A stretch of DNA of 64,000 bases from Macrostomum lignano (lineage: Eukaryota): positions 1 to 64,000 of the forward strand of contig NIVC01000366.1 in NCBI GenBank assembly GCA_002269645.1, in the 5' to 3' direction. This document shows positions 26,201 to 37,661 of this stretch, piece after piece (the stretch's first letter is position 1; each line of letters starts with the position of its first letter). The notes under the pieces are model-generated. The model worked only from the letters and a program-made list of their open reading frames with translations, was not told the origin of the DNA and made no database searches. The translations under genes were made by a program, and so were the position numbers.

Positions 26201-29200
26201 GGCATTAGTTAGTCTAGTGGTAAAGGGGGGCTGGCTCCCCCACCGCTCCACCACCCCTCGAGAACTTTTCCCACATCTAAACACGTCTTTGTAGTATGTT
26301 ACAACTATATTCTAGCCTTCAAACGACCAGACATCAAATACTTGCTTGCCGACATGTATCGTAATATACTTTTTGCACTAACAATCATACGTGCCGCACT
26401 AAAAGATTCTCTGTTACTCTTTAAATACGTATAAAAAGAAAAATAAATTTAAATAAATGTAATTTAATTGTATAAAAAACATAATAGTTAGAGAAATAAA
26501 AATACTAAAAATCTGTTTGCTCTAAAAGAACTTTAAACTAAAAATTTTTCGGATCTCTTGGGAATCGAACCCTGCAGCACTCAATTATATGGAAACTAAC
26601 TCTGCCACTGAGTCACAAATTGCTTACTAAGTTGGCCTATAGTACACGTATTTTATATCGAATATCGCTAATAGCAGCCATTTCTACCATTTTTGCTGCT
26701 TTTTCATACATTTCTGCTCGTTGCATCGCAACGCTTCTACCTAAAAATACGAGTCGCATGTCGTTACAGAGATAACATCAAGGCGCATTCATCCAATGCA
26801 TTTTCAAATTATGTCAACAAATTTTTCGTCTGCTAGGCGCCAAAATATTAATTTTCACCTGTTCTGACAGGTAATCAAACAGGTATTAAGACCTGTTAAC
26901 CTAAGAATCAGTTTTCAAAACTGATTTAGCTGCATAATGCATCCATAGTGCTGTTTTTAGACACCAAACTTAAGTCTCTAGGTCTCGCCAATGCAGAGTT
27001 ATTAGCAAAAGTATGCTCAAAATTTGCCCGAAAATGGCCTACTCAAAATTCGGAGCCAATTTTCTCAAAAATACGAATTTTCCAGCCATATTGGCGTATG
27101 ACCGGTGAAACTTTAGCTATTCGACTAAACAATATTGAAAATGCAGAAAAATCGGTGCGCAAAATTTCTTATTTTTCCACTCCAAAGTTTGTACCCCCAA
27201 ATGGGCCGTTTTTCACTTAACAGGTAAAAAGTACCTGTTAACAGGGGTTTTTTCAGGAGTGTCTTATGTCATTCAAAAGGGCATCCGATGGGCTACAATT
27301 TGACACTACACTCGAAAAAATTCGCCCCATTTTAAAAATTTTTTCTTAACAACGTCTGATTTTCTGCAGAGCCCCCGGCCTCTTTTTTCCCCGGTTTCCG
27401 GGTCACTGCTCCGCACAGGTAGGTCCAAATGCTTAGAAAATTCAGGAAAACAAATTTCCATATGTTTGACACGTTGTGTTAAAGTCTCAACACCGTAGCA
27501 TAAAACACTTTCTTATTTTTTGGGACTACTTTTTAAAAACGTGACCCAATTTTTCGAAAATGTCGTTTTTAGGCACTCTTTGGCACCTGGGCAGGTTATT
27601 GATGGCCCAATCGGCCAAATCTCGATGTTTCCGATTAAAAGACATCTATTTGAGTTATTTGGTATGCAAAACAGCAAAAATAAAGTTTTCCATCTCGACG
27701 CCATAGGCCTCACAAAAGTGCACTAAAAATTTGTACTTTTAAACAGCAGATAGGCAGCCATGTGAAAAGTACATTTTAGCCCTAAAAACTATAGCGCATC
27801 AAACAGCCCCAGGTGTTATTGACGCTATGAGGCAGCTCAAAGGCCGCGCTATCGCGCGTCCTTTTCGCTGCGGTGAGGCAAAGTTGAAAAAAATGCCAAA
27901 TTTTCGACCTCAAAAAACACGTTTTTTGTACTTTTACCTGTGAAGTAAAAGTACAATCAAAAAATCCATTTCGGATCATTGTAGCGTTTTAATGCCCGCG
28001 TCTTTTGAGCACACTCACTAAGCGCTGCCATAATTTCCTGCCGCTGTAATTGAGATCAAATTTTTTGACAATGTCGAAAAAACGCAGTTTTTGGTTGCCA
28101 TGGCAACCAAAACGCATTGCCATGGCAACCAAACACTGCGGCTCTGGTAGCCCTAAGTCTTTGACACATTTTGGCAAAAACTGTTTGCAAATCGGTCGTA
28201 CCGTTTTTTATTGGCAGCGTTTCAAAGTTGAAAAACGTCATTTTCCTATGTGACACCGTTGCTACATCTTATCAGGGACGATTTCGCAAAAGTAAGCAGT
28301 ATAGAAAAAAATTCTCGCTTCGCTCGCCTTTTTTTCTATACTACTTACTGGCTCATCGTCCCACAACTAGGAGGGGAGAGTAGAGAACTAGGAGGGGAGA
28401 GTAGAGAACTAGGAGGGGAGAGTAGAGAACTAGGAGGGGAGAGTAGAGAACTAGGAGGGGAGAGTAGAGAACTTGGGGGGGAGAGTAGAGACTTAGGAGG
28501 GGAGAGTAGAGTACTCGGAGGAGAGAGTAGAGAACTTGGGGGAGTAGAGAACTCGGAGGGGAGAGTAGAGAACTCGGGGGGAGAGTAGAGAACTCGGGGG
28601 AGAGTAAAGACTTAGGAGGGGAGAGTAGAGAACTTGGGGGGGGGAGTAGAGACTTAGGAGGGGAGAATAGAGTACTCGGAGGAGAGAGTAGAGAACTTGG
28701 GGGGAGAGTAGAGACTTAGGAGGGGAGAATAGAGTACTCGGAGGAGAGAGTAGAGAACTTGGGGGGAGAGTAGAGACTTAGGAGTGGAGAATAGAGTACT
28801 CGGAGGAGAAAGTAGAGAACTTGGGGGAGAGAGAAAAATCTAAATTTAGGAGAGCAGTAGGAGAAGATTAATTATGTCTACAGAAGTAAGAATAGAATAG
28901 AAATATGAAAGCAAACATGAACAAGAAAGCTTAGAAATCTTCCAACACACGCGACTCAACCGACGGAACGGTGCCTCAGTTGGCTGTCTGTTCAATATTC
29001 TCAGCTGTCTTGGCGAAGTGGCAGTCGGCGAAGCCAGCAGGAGGTCCGCAGTCGGCTGTCTATGGCCCAACTCCAATGGCCAGTTGGTTCGCGCGCTGCC
29101 CAATAGCAAGCGCTGAGAAGCCATTCTAGGCTTCTGAATAAGTTTGGTACTGAAAGCACTGCACTACAGAGGTATTTATAGGAAATTTTAATGAGCATTC

Positions 29201-30041
29201 TTGCAGCCAATGAGGAACATGGGCCGGGACTCTCAAGAGATTCAAGGAAACAGACTGCGTTGACTTATCGCTGAGTACAGAGAGTGTCCTGTATCTTTTA
29301 TCCCTTTGGGTTTTCTTAATTCCGTTTTTTATTTCCTCTCTCACGGAATGTAATAGGCTAACAATAATTCTCCAATGTAAAAAGAGGTTATCCCACTACA
29401 TAAATCATCAAGTCTAACAGGAACTCCCCAATCTAACAGGGATTCCCCAATCTAACAGGGATTCCCCAATCTAACAGTGATTCCCCAATCTAACAGGGAT
29501 TCCCCAATCGAGCAGGGATTCCCCAATCTAACAGGAATTACCCAATCTAACAGGAATTCCCCAATCTTGCAGGAATTCTCCAATCTTATAGGAATTCTCC
29601 AATCTAACAGGAATTTCCCAATCTAACAGGAATTTCCAAATCTCACAAGAATTCCCAAAATACAACAAGAATTCACCAGTTAAACAGGAATTCCCCAATC
29701 AAAGTACAAAATATTTCGAATTCCCCAAATATCTAACAAGCCAAGCAACACCTCTAAACGCCAGTTTCCCCCCTCACCACCGCGCGTCGTTGCTCTTTGA
29801 TTGACAGCCGCCTCTGGCTGGACTTCCGACTCAGGCTGAGCCCAGTCGTCGAGGAACTGCGAACCAGCCGCTGCTCCTGCTGTTCCTGCTGTCCCATCGC
29901 TGAATGTCCCGCATCTGCAGCTGTCTGATCTCGGCGCAGTTGCAGAGGCTGCAACTCGTCATCAACTTCATCTTCGATGCCTTCTTCTTTTTGTTGTTCT
30001 TCTGAATCGGAGAAATCTTCATCGTTAGAAGCCGTGTCCAT
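14236..30041 (-). CDS. Cyclic nucleotide-binding domain protein, CNBD2-like (exons 30041-29778, 24050-23977, 23448-23337, 22286-21975, 17396-16988, 16002-15725, 15602-15534, 14454-14236)
   Basis: Spliced, phase-consistent model: ...KEQRRAV/ALARFKKMSRIVIVMINW/...FDLSYFRAKKE/...IIRQGHTGINFYIIISG...RLGQ/GQSFGEIALLHQVTRTASIVS (phosphate-binding cassette) ...SEYIVVVKSGSCKVLK.../PGDVF/GL...VSL/ISNGSECLL... Two cNMP-binding domains. The acceptors at 17397 and 16003 and the donor at 23336 are weaker. Confidence 0.85.
14550..15525. repeat. 23-bp minisatellite in the last intron of the CNBD gene
   Basis: CTGAGAATCGTCTCTAAACTACC units. Confidence 0.95.
16121..16493. mobile_element. hAT-type MITE (373 bp) with an internal 21-bp repeat
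   Basis: 8-bp direct repeat GGGTGTAC at 16113-16120 and 16494-16501; imperfect TIR CAGGGGCGTCGCCA / TAGATGGGTGGCCA; CACTCATTTTGGCGCCGCAGG repeats at ~16190-16340. Confidence 0.8.
17552..21833. repeat. 48-bp minisatellite (~27 units at 17552-18846, ~16 units at 21069-21833) split by an insertion
   Basis: GAAGTCACTTGGCTACAAGTCTCAAGACAC-(TTCACCGACTTGACC or TGCAACAACTTGATC)-TTT units. Confidence 0.97.
18847..21068 (+). mobile_element. 2.2-kb solo-LTR-like (Ty3/Gypsy-type) or Ginger-like non-autonomous insertion
   Basis: TGATGTAACC...GGTTACATCA inverted termini; 4-bp TSD GTCA (18843-18846, 21069-21072); TATA-like CTATAAAAG at ~19777; no recognisable protein. Confidence 0.8.
22510..22773 (-). mobile_element. 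tRNA-derived SINE with CORE-like central domain
   Basis: Minus strand shows A/B-box head (TAGCCTAGTGG...GGTTTGATTCT), then GTGTCCTTGAGCAAAACACTTAACTC...CCCAGCTGTAAAATGGG. A second copy is at 45247. Confidence 0.8.
23640..23920. repeat. 23-bp minisatellite in CNBD intron 2
   Basis: AAGTGGGTCAGGAGACACCCATA units. Confidence 0.9.
24615..26240. repeat. 53-bp satellite (~30 units) inside the Helentron
   Basis: CCCCCACGCCCCTGGCATTAGTTAGTCTAGTGGTATAGTGGGGG(G/A)CTGGCCG units (24624, 24677...). Confidence 0.97.
28089..28130. promoter_or_regulatory. Two RFX X-box-like palindromes (GTTGCCATGGCAAC)
   Basis: Perfect 24-bp palindrome at 28089-28112 and TTGCCATGGCAA at 28117-28128; function untested. Confidence 0.4.
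28365..28830. repeat. 21-bp purine-rich minisatellite
   Basis: GGAGGGGAGAGTAGAGAACTA units; two further units at ~24470-24507. Confidence 0.95.
29410..29700. repeat. ~20-bp repeat near the CNBD first donor
   Basis: AACAGGGATTCCCCAATCT units. Confidence 0.85.
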
Positions 30042-30589
30042 GCCGGCTCTCGCGAAAGCGGTTCGAGTGTAAAAATGCTACTATGCTTTTTTCTAAGCCA
30101 GCTCGCAGCTCAGGTCCATCTGGGGTTTCGGGGGCTGTAGCCATAGCTTGAGCTGATTTATAATAACACTCTTGAGCACATCATCTTGAGCACATTTTCT
30201 ATTTCTGCTTCCATTCTCACATCTCGGCTTGTGATGAAGATAGGTAGATAGCAATGCAAATGAGGTACAGAGATTCGTTAGCCATTTCTGTATGAATAGA
30301 AGACAGGCATTAAGTATGCTGCTCACTCTGTCCAGAGGTAAAGCCTATTTTATTGTTGGCTACAGCACACTAAAGTGAAAGAATGAAATTCAGAAAGTGT
30401 TATTGAGTTCGTTGCTTAACGGGCAAGCTGTGTTCAACTCTGCAAACACGAGATTAATAGCGTTCTCCTGTTTGCGAATTTTGTTTGCAGATTTCTGTGA
30501 TGAAATGTACTTTTATTGGGGTTTCTTAGGAGCTAAATTAGTTTTGACCTTTAAGTAAACAAAATACTATATCTTAAGCCGCTCCATCA

Positions 30590-31500
30590 CAGGTGAACAT
30601 CTGGCTACTGTAGCAGGTGAAAATCTGGCTACTGTAACAGGTGAACATCTGGCTACTGTAACAGGTGAACATCTGGCTACTGTAACAGGTGAACATCTAC
30701 TGTAACAGGTGAACACCTGCTGTAACAGGTGAACACCTACTGTAACAGGTGAGCTCCTACTGTAACAGGTGAACACCTGCTGTAACAGGTGAACACCTAC
30801 TGTAACAGGTGAACACCTGCTGTAACAGGTGAACACCTACTGTAACAGGTGGACACCTGCTGTAACAGGTGAACACCTACTGTGACAGGTGGACACCTAC
30901 TGTAACAGGTGAGCTCCTACTGTAACAGGTGAGCTCCTACTGTAACAGGTGAACACCTACTGTAACAGGTGAACACCTACTGTAACAGGTGAACACCTAC
31001 TGTGACAGGTGAACACCTGCTGTAACAGGTGAGCTCCTACTGTAACAGGTGAACTCCTATAGCTACAGGTGAACACCTACTGTAACAGGTGGACACCTGC
31101 TGTAACAGGTGAGCTCCTACTGTAACAGGTGAGCTCCTACTGTAACTGGTGAACACCTACTGTAACAGGTGGACACCTACTGTAACAGGTGAACACCTAC
31201 TGTAACAGGTGAACACCTGCTGTAACTGGTGAACACCTACTGTGACAGGTGAACACCTACTGTAACAGGTGAGCTCCTACTGTAACAGGTGAACACCTAC
31301 TGTAACAGGTGAACACCTGCTGTAACTGGTGAACACCTACTGTAACAGGTGAACACCTACTGTGACAGGTGGACACCTGCTGTAACAGGTGAGCTCCTAC
31401 TGTAACAGGTGAGCTCCTACTGTAACTGGTGAACACCTACTGTAACAGGTGAGCTCCTACTGTAACAGGTGAGCTCCTACTGCAACTGGTGAACACCAAG
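30590..31500. repeat. 20-bp minisatellite upstream of the CNBD gene
   Basis: TACTGTAACAGGTGAACACC units (~45). Confidence 0.95.
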
Positions 31501-32249
31501 CAACTGTAGAAGCTACGAGTACTTTGCTGAACGCCATTCTATTCCCAGGTGAGAGCCATTCTATCCCTAGATAAGCGCCATTCTATCTTTTAAGCAATTT
31601 ACAAAAGAAAAAGGACATGGGCCATTCCTTCGATACCATATTTGTTCACATAACATATCAAACTAATATACAACTCACAAAATATTGAGAAGCCGAAATC
31701 AGATTATTTTTTTTAAACTTATATGTCCCTCAACAGTATGAATTAAAGGGCTTTACAGTAGAGGGATGCTACTGAGAAGTATTACTGTAAGTAGTAAAGT
31801 CAAGTAAAGTAAAGAATTATAGATGTACAATATTATAATTGTATATCCCACCCGATTCTTTTTTAATTGTTTGTTGGTTTGTCTTGGTCTCACTTTGTTT
31901 AAACTGGTACTCCTTAGTTCATAAATATTAATTAGCCAGGTTTTGTATTACACAGGTACAATCCTATTATTCAGCGAGCTAAGACCCGTGCTCTATCACC
32001 AACGCAACGCCTCGCTGCTTGCAACGAAAGTATCCGATATTTGAATAAGAATAAATGTCATTGATCACAGTTAGTACATGTGCGAGTTCGTATATAAGTT
32101 TACAATTGATCCATGCATTCCGTTCAATCCATTGACTGTCTAGTAGTCTCCTCCAAAAGTGGAGTGGCAAGCTTTAGCTCGTACTAATGGATTTATACCA
32201 GCTACCAACTTCGTCAAGAAGCCAACCATTTAACCATTTAAAAGCTCGT

Positions 32250-33590
32250 ACTACTGGCTAGAGTACAGTGTCGCCAGCACGAGCTCTTGAATGTGTGTGT
32301 GCAGTAACCTATACGGCCGGGGTTTCAGCCCGCCGAGGGCGGCCGACTCCAGAAAGGTATACGCCTCGATCGGCTTGGTCCACAAGTCACATGGGCTTAA
32401 CTGAGTCGGATTAGCAGGGCAATTGAAGAGATGGGCCACAGTTTGAGGCACTAGGCGGTGAATCTCGCGTCGTTGGTCCAGCGGTTTGGAGGCAGGCTGT
32501 CCAGCATCACCTGACTGCAAGCATGTGCTGGGCACGCCTGGCGCGATCCCAGGCCGCAGCGTCGAGGACGTCCGGGGCCGGAGCCGGCGCCCATTCAGCG
32601 TTAAAATGCTCCGCGGTGAAAATGGGGGCTTTCATGAACCTGCGCGGAGGCGGGAGGCTAGCTAGGTGGTGGCACGGATGTTCCGGGCGCCTAGTGCGGA
32701 GCTTGAACTGGAGCGCAAGGAGGCGGTTGTGCTGGCGGACGGTGAGCAGCTGGACTTCACTGTGGAGGTCAGCTTCTGAAGTAAGGACCGTGTAACCAGT
32801 GATGCAACGGATCGCCGCGTTCTGAGCCGACTGAAGCAGGGTCCAGGATGACGTCGAGATAATAGGGCCCCAGACCGGCGCAGCGTAGTCGAGTAAACTT
32901 CGGCCAAGCGCTTTGAAGGTAGGTCAGAAGGAGAGTTTAGGGTCGAAAATCACGCCCAGAATTTTAGGACAGAGGGCCTGCGGCAGCTGGGAGCCATTGA
33001 TGAAGACGCGCAGTTGGCGGGAGTATTCGCGCTGATCTGGACTGAACAGAGTGGCCGTACATTTAGTGGTTGAACTCTGGAGCTTGCGCGACTCAAGGAA
33101 GGGAGCGAGATCGGCCAGGTAGCTTTTAAGCTGCTGTTCAATGGAGTTGCAACTTGGGGACGAGGCGGCAACGGTAAGGTCGTCTGCGTAGCCGATCAAG
33201 TTAGTAGCCGGATTGGCAAGCACAGGAGCTTTGGCCAGATAGAAGGCGAAAAGTAGCGGGCTGATGGTGCTGCCTTGAGGTACTCCCATGCGGACCTGCC
33301 GCCACTTCGACTTAATGTCCGGCATGATGGTATAGTTGGCGAGCCAGGCCTTAATAGCAAATCTGTTCGACCAGCTGGCAAAGGGCAGTTGTGGTTGAGT
33401 GATGTGGGCGGAAGCCATGTTGCCAGGCTGGAAGCTGTAGGTGGTCGGTCAGAAGCGATAACAGGAACTTCTCCAGAGTTTTAACGAGCGGTGAGAGAAA
33501 GGAAATCGGGCGGTACGAGGCACCATCGTCCTGCGGTTTCCCTCTTTCAGAAGTGGACAGATTAACGACTTTTCCAGACCGCCGGGATCT
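32250..33590 (-). mobile_element. 5'-truncated, internally deleted non-LTR retrotransposon (I/Jockey-supergroup-like) RT and C-terminal fragment
   Basis: YRPISFLSPLVKTLEK, QHGFRPHHSTTTAL, GVPQGSTISPLLF, YADD, LGVIFDPKLSF and C-terminal HLFNCPANPTQLSPCDLW; frameshifts present; RT subdomain 3 missing. Confidence 0.9.
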
Positions 33591-34254
33591 CGTTATACGT
33601 GTTCGTATAAGATCGTATAGCTCTTGAATGTCAACAACGTGTACGTCTTCCCGCTCGGCGACATCCTATATTCAGCGTTGAGCGTCTTCTAGGCTGACAG
33701 CCAGCTCAAGCTGCAGACATTGAAAAAGTGCGTCAATGTTTACAAAGTAATTGCCGCTGTAGTCTTCCATCTGAAGTGGAAAACACTTGGATAGCAGTCT
33801 GGGTAGAAACAGAAAAGCCAAGGCAGAATTTCCATGCCGAGTCAGAGTTGCGAAGCCAGACAAAATCCTTTGCTGCTTCGATAGAGACGGGCCTCTTCTC
33901 CTGGCCAAACGATTTTCCTTATATTTTTACTGTCAGTAGATTATCAAACAAAGGTTCAGTATAATTTATGCTAGGTGTTTTTGTTTTACGCTCGGATTTT
34001 AATTTATCCAATTGTCATTTTTACAAATGGTATTTCGTGGCAGTCCAGCCAAGTACATATGTACTGGAGCAGTCCGTAGCTCACCTACTTTCTTCTCAAC
34101 TGAAAACTGCAATGCTCAACACAAAAATTGAGCGTATTTTATTCGCTCAATTTATTGTAGAGACGGGGATTGAGGATCTCGGTCTGACCTCCGTGACCAG
34201 ACTTGTGTACGGACCCTGACTGCGGCTGCGGGAGCGCAGAGGAAGTAACACAGT

Positions 34255-34505
34255 AGATGAATGATGCAGGTGAATGACGCAAAAGACGCAGGTGAATGAC
34301 GCAAAAGACGCAGCGGTGAATGACGCAAAAGACGCAGGTGAATGACGCAAAAGACGCAGGTGAATGACGCAAAAGACGCAGGTGAATGATGCAAAAGACG
34401 CAGGTGAATGATGCAAGCGACGCAGGTGAATGACGCAAAAGACGCAGGTGAATGACGCAAAAGACGGAGGTGAATGACGCAAACGACGCAGATAAATGAC
34501 GCAAA
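34255..34505. repeat. 22-bp minisatellite
   Basis: GCAGGTGAATGACGCAAAAGAC units. Confidence 0.9.
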
Positions 34506-35029
34506 TGAATAACGCTGGGGGTTTGTGGTAGACCGGAGCGGCCGTCGCATGCAAAAAAAACAGGCTCACAGGGGGTCCAAATAAATATGCGCGGGCGCCC
34601 GGGGTGCAAGGCAGAAAGTATATTTGATAAACACACGGCTTAGAGCAGCTGTTCAAAACATAGTTGCAAAACTTAGCCCTGGCAATCGCAGGCCTGCCAA
34701 CGGAGAAAAAAGCAGAAACAGAAAGTAACAAAAGGATAGACCAAAGCCTTGCTTAAAGCCAAACCCACCACCGAACGCAATGTACTAAGTCAGAACATTC
34801 CCCTGACGTCAGTTAGTTTTTGTGAACATAAAGCGAAAGAGGTTATATAAAGAAAGAAATAATAACCAAATTGGACTCAACTAAATGATACATAAATTGT
34901 TTAACAGATGGGTCGATCTATAATGAAAGAGAGGGAGGACCAATATCATATTGCTTTTTTGTGTAGAAAAAAAATTTACAATCGTAAAGAACATTCTAAA
35001 CCAAGCATATCATTAAAGTGTTACAATTC

Positions 35030-35413
35030 TATAGAAAGTTTTCCTTTTTAATGAGATAATAATATTTTTTTCCTTTCAAGCCGCAATCGGTCATATAAAT
35101 CTCAAGCCACGACCTGCAAATCGATCGCTTAGCGACCAGGCGAAAGAAAATCGTCCATTTCGGCATCGAAGCTGTCGCGCTAAGGCTGAGCGGCAGTTGC
35201 GGCGACAAGAGGAGTCGCGCAGGCGCCGCCTGCACGGCTGCGCATGGCGTAGAGGCAGGTCGGGTGCTCGCTGCACCACTGGCTGCACACCAGCAATGAC
35301 CGGCTGTCGGGGAACTCCGCCAGTTGCGGCGGAGCAATCTTTGAGAAGTTTGGTTGAGTTCCCAGGAATCGGTGAGCGGTAGACTTCACGACTGGTTTTT
35401 TGAATGGGCGCAA
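35030..35413 (-). pseudogene. Possible decayed hAT transposase dimerisation-domain remnant
   Basis: W...H...LYAM...CATP...RDSF...FLSPGR loosely resembles the hAT C-terminal consensus; stops present. Confidence 0.3.
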
Positions 35414-35504
35414 GTTGTTAAAGTATATCTGTGTCAGGACATTTATTGCTGAGCTAAGGATTGTATAGCTACAGCATATACCTTATATATATGTATATAC
35501 CTAA

Positions 35505-37131
35505 GCCATATACCTTAGAATAGACATCAGGAACATTCTTTAACAGTAGAAAGACCACGCTATTTTTCCCCATGGGGAAAGACCACAGGGGGTGCATTTC
35601 AAATACATACGAGCCATTTCACGATAGCTCGCAAACCGAAATACCGATTTTCGTAAAATTCCACCATATAAATCAAAATTTTCCGCCCTTTCCGACGAAC
35701 TAACTTTCAAAGTCATCCGACGTCAGCATCCTCGAGATATTCAACGATTCTTGTCGAGGACACTGGTGACAAGGACAACCAACACTACACTGTATAAACC
35801 TTTATGGTGAATCCATATTGGCTCAATAATCTGGGTCCATCTGTCGGAGAGGCCTTTGTTCTCAGCATCCCAGGCACCAGGGTCCCCTTCATCACCGTCT
35901 GGAGCAACGGCGGCGACCGTCGGGACCTTCAAAAAAGCACCCGATCGGCATCTCTGAGACGGCTGTGTTCCCAAAACTGAAATGGAAAAATCCTCTTCTG
36001 CATGCATTCAGTAGACATAATCAGCGAATGAAATAGACGATGGCGACTCTCTAAACTGACCTGTAGACATACAGGCGACCTTCGGGACCTTCAACGGAGT
36101 GCCACCACGCGGCCCCGACGAGCTGACACTGCCAAAATCGTGATTTTTCTATCAAGGCACCAAACCAGGCATGTCTGCATATTATACAATGGTCCTGCAC
36201 TATTTTCACTGCGATGGAAGGGACAGTGAGTCATCATTACTGCGCACGTTGTGCACCAATTAAATAGTGACAATTGACTCCGCTTTTGTGTCTATGTGTC
36301 GGTGTTCAGATCCTTCTGCTCTGAATTTGCTGTAATATCATTTTTGACAAATTAAATATACTTTATATTTTTCAGTCGCCAGTTAAATCTGTAACTCTCC
36401 AATTTAACATGGTGCAGGACCATTGTATAATATGCAGACATGCCTGGTTTAGTGCCTTGATAGAAAAAACACGATTTTGGCAGTGCCAGCTCGTCGGGGC
36501 CGCATGGTGGCACTCCGTTGAAGGTCCCGAAGGTCGCTTGTATGTATACAGGTCAGCCTAAAGGGTCGCCGTTGTCCATTTCATTCACCGATTATGTCTA
36601 ATGTTTGAATGCTGCATGCAGAAGAGGATTTTTCCATTTCAGTTTTGGGAACGCAGCCGTCTCTGAGACGCCGATCGGGTGCTTTCGTTGAAGGTCCCGA
36701 CGGTCGCCGCCGATGCTCCAGACGGAGATGAAAGGGACCCTGGTGCCTGGGATGCTGAAAACAAAGGCCTCTACGACTGATATGCATAGTTTGTCGAGCC
36801 GACGTCGTTTCATGATGAGATTTTGTGAGCAGAAAATTTTTTCCAATGTTGATGGTTTTTGCCACCAGACACCCCGAGGAAAATCGTTGAATATCTCGAC
36901 GATGCCGATTTTTTGTGATTCTCGAAGTTGCTTCATCGAATAGAGCGGAAAATTTTAGCCCATATTCTGGATTTTCATGGCAATTGGTTGAATATTTTTG
37001 GAGATCCAGACAAAGGAAAAATGTGTGTATTTGAAATACACCCCATACTCTTGCTACTGTTAACAAGCTAGGAGTCTTATTTGGACAGAAAAGTGTCCAT
37101 GTATCCTACCTAACATAGAAATGTCTATGGC
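35505..37131. mobile_element. Two ~700-bp related elements in inverted orientation (35505-36200 and 36412-37131) forming a foldback
   Basis: 35835-36200 is the reverse complement of 36412-36780 with scattered substitutions; patchier homology continues to the outer ends. Confidence 0.85.
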
Positions 37132-37661
37132 AAAATCTCCTTTAGGTCTAATGTATCATAGGTGCAGGATTAAAATTTAATTTAATTTTTAGAAATCTCC
37201 TTTCCCTGTTCCCTCACCCCTTCCACTCACCCGTTCCAGCATGCAGGATTTATTTTGCCTATGGGTTGAACTACACGGTCTTATGATTAAAATCGAATCA
37301 GTTAAGAATGAGATTCATGAATGCTAAAGAGTGCGTGCGTCATGAGCGTCTGCAGTGCATCGTATGAAAAGGATACCAAGATGAGTTTTGAAACTGCGAA
37401 TGAAAAAGTGATCTTTTCGTCGTACGTCGTGGCAGAAGAAGCAATTACTTAAAAGCAGCATGAATCCCGAGACTGAATTTCCCTTGGTTCAATTTGCGTC
37501 TGAAACTCTGCTAAATTCTGTTAAATGTGACTAACTCTTTAATTCTTACAAAGTTCACTTCAAACTCATGCGGTTGAGGTTGATAAGTGCCTCAAAAAAT
37601 TGGCAAAAAGATTAAATTGTTTGCCTCGTCTCCGTCTAGAGAACTTTTTGGGGAACAATCG

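Larger units (their letters stand above)
24503..28365 (-). mobile_element. Non-autonomous Helentron/Helitron2-type element (~3.9 kb) in CNBD intron 1
   Basis: 11-bp subterminal inverted repeats GTGGGACGATG (24535-24545) / CATCGTCCCAC (28354-28364); hairpin GAAGACG-ctgt-CGTCTTC (24513-24530) outside one subTIR; splits a GGAGGGGAGAGTAGAGAACTA array present on both flanks. Confidence 0.7.

Noticed and set aside
24615-26240. CRISPR-like regular repeat arrays (also 39255-39895, 41740-42275)
   Set aside because: No unique spacers, no cas genes, eukaryotic context; these are homogeneous satellites
28846-29133. Possible extra CNBD exon (KPRMASQRLL...FRRLSRVCWK) with a phase-0 acceptor
   Set aside because: No convincing in-phase donor, and exon 1 joins the 24050 exon cleanly; could still be a rare cassette exon
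33672-34219. Possible transposase remnant on the + strand
   Set aside because: Only vague motif resemblance, many stops, orientation inconsistent with the 35030-35413 candidate
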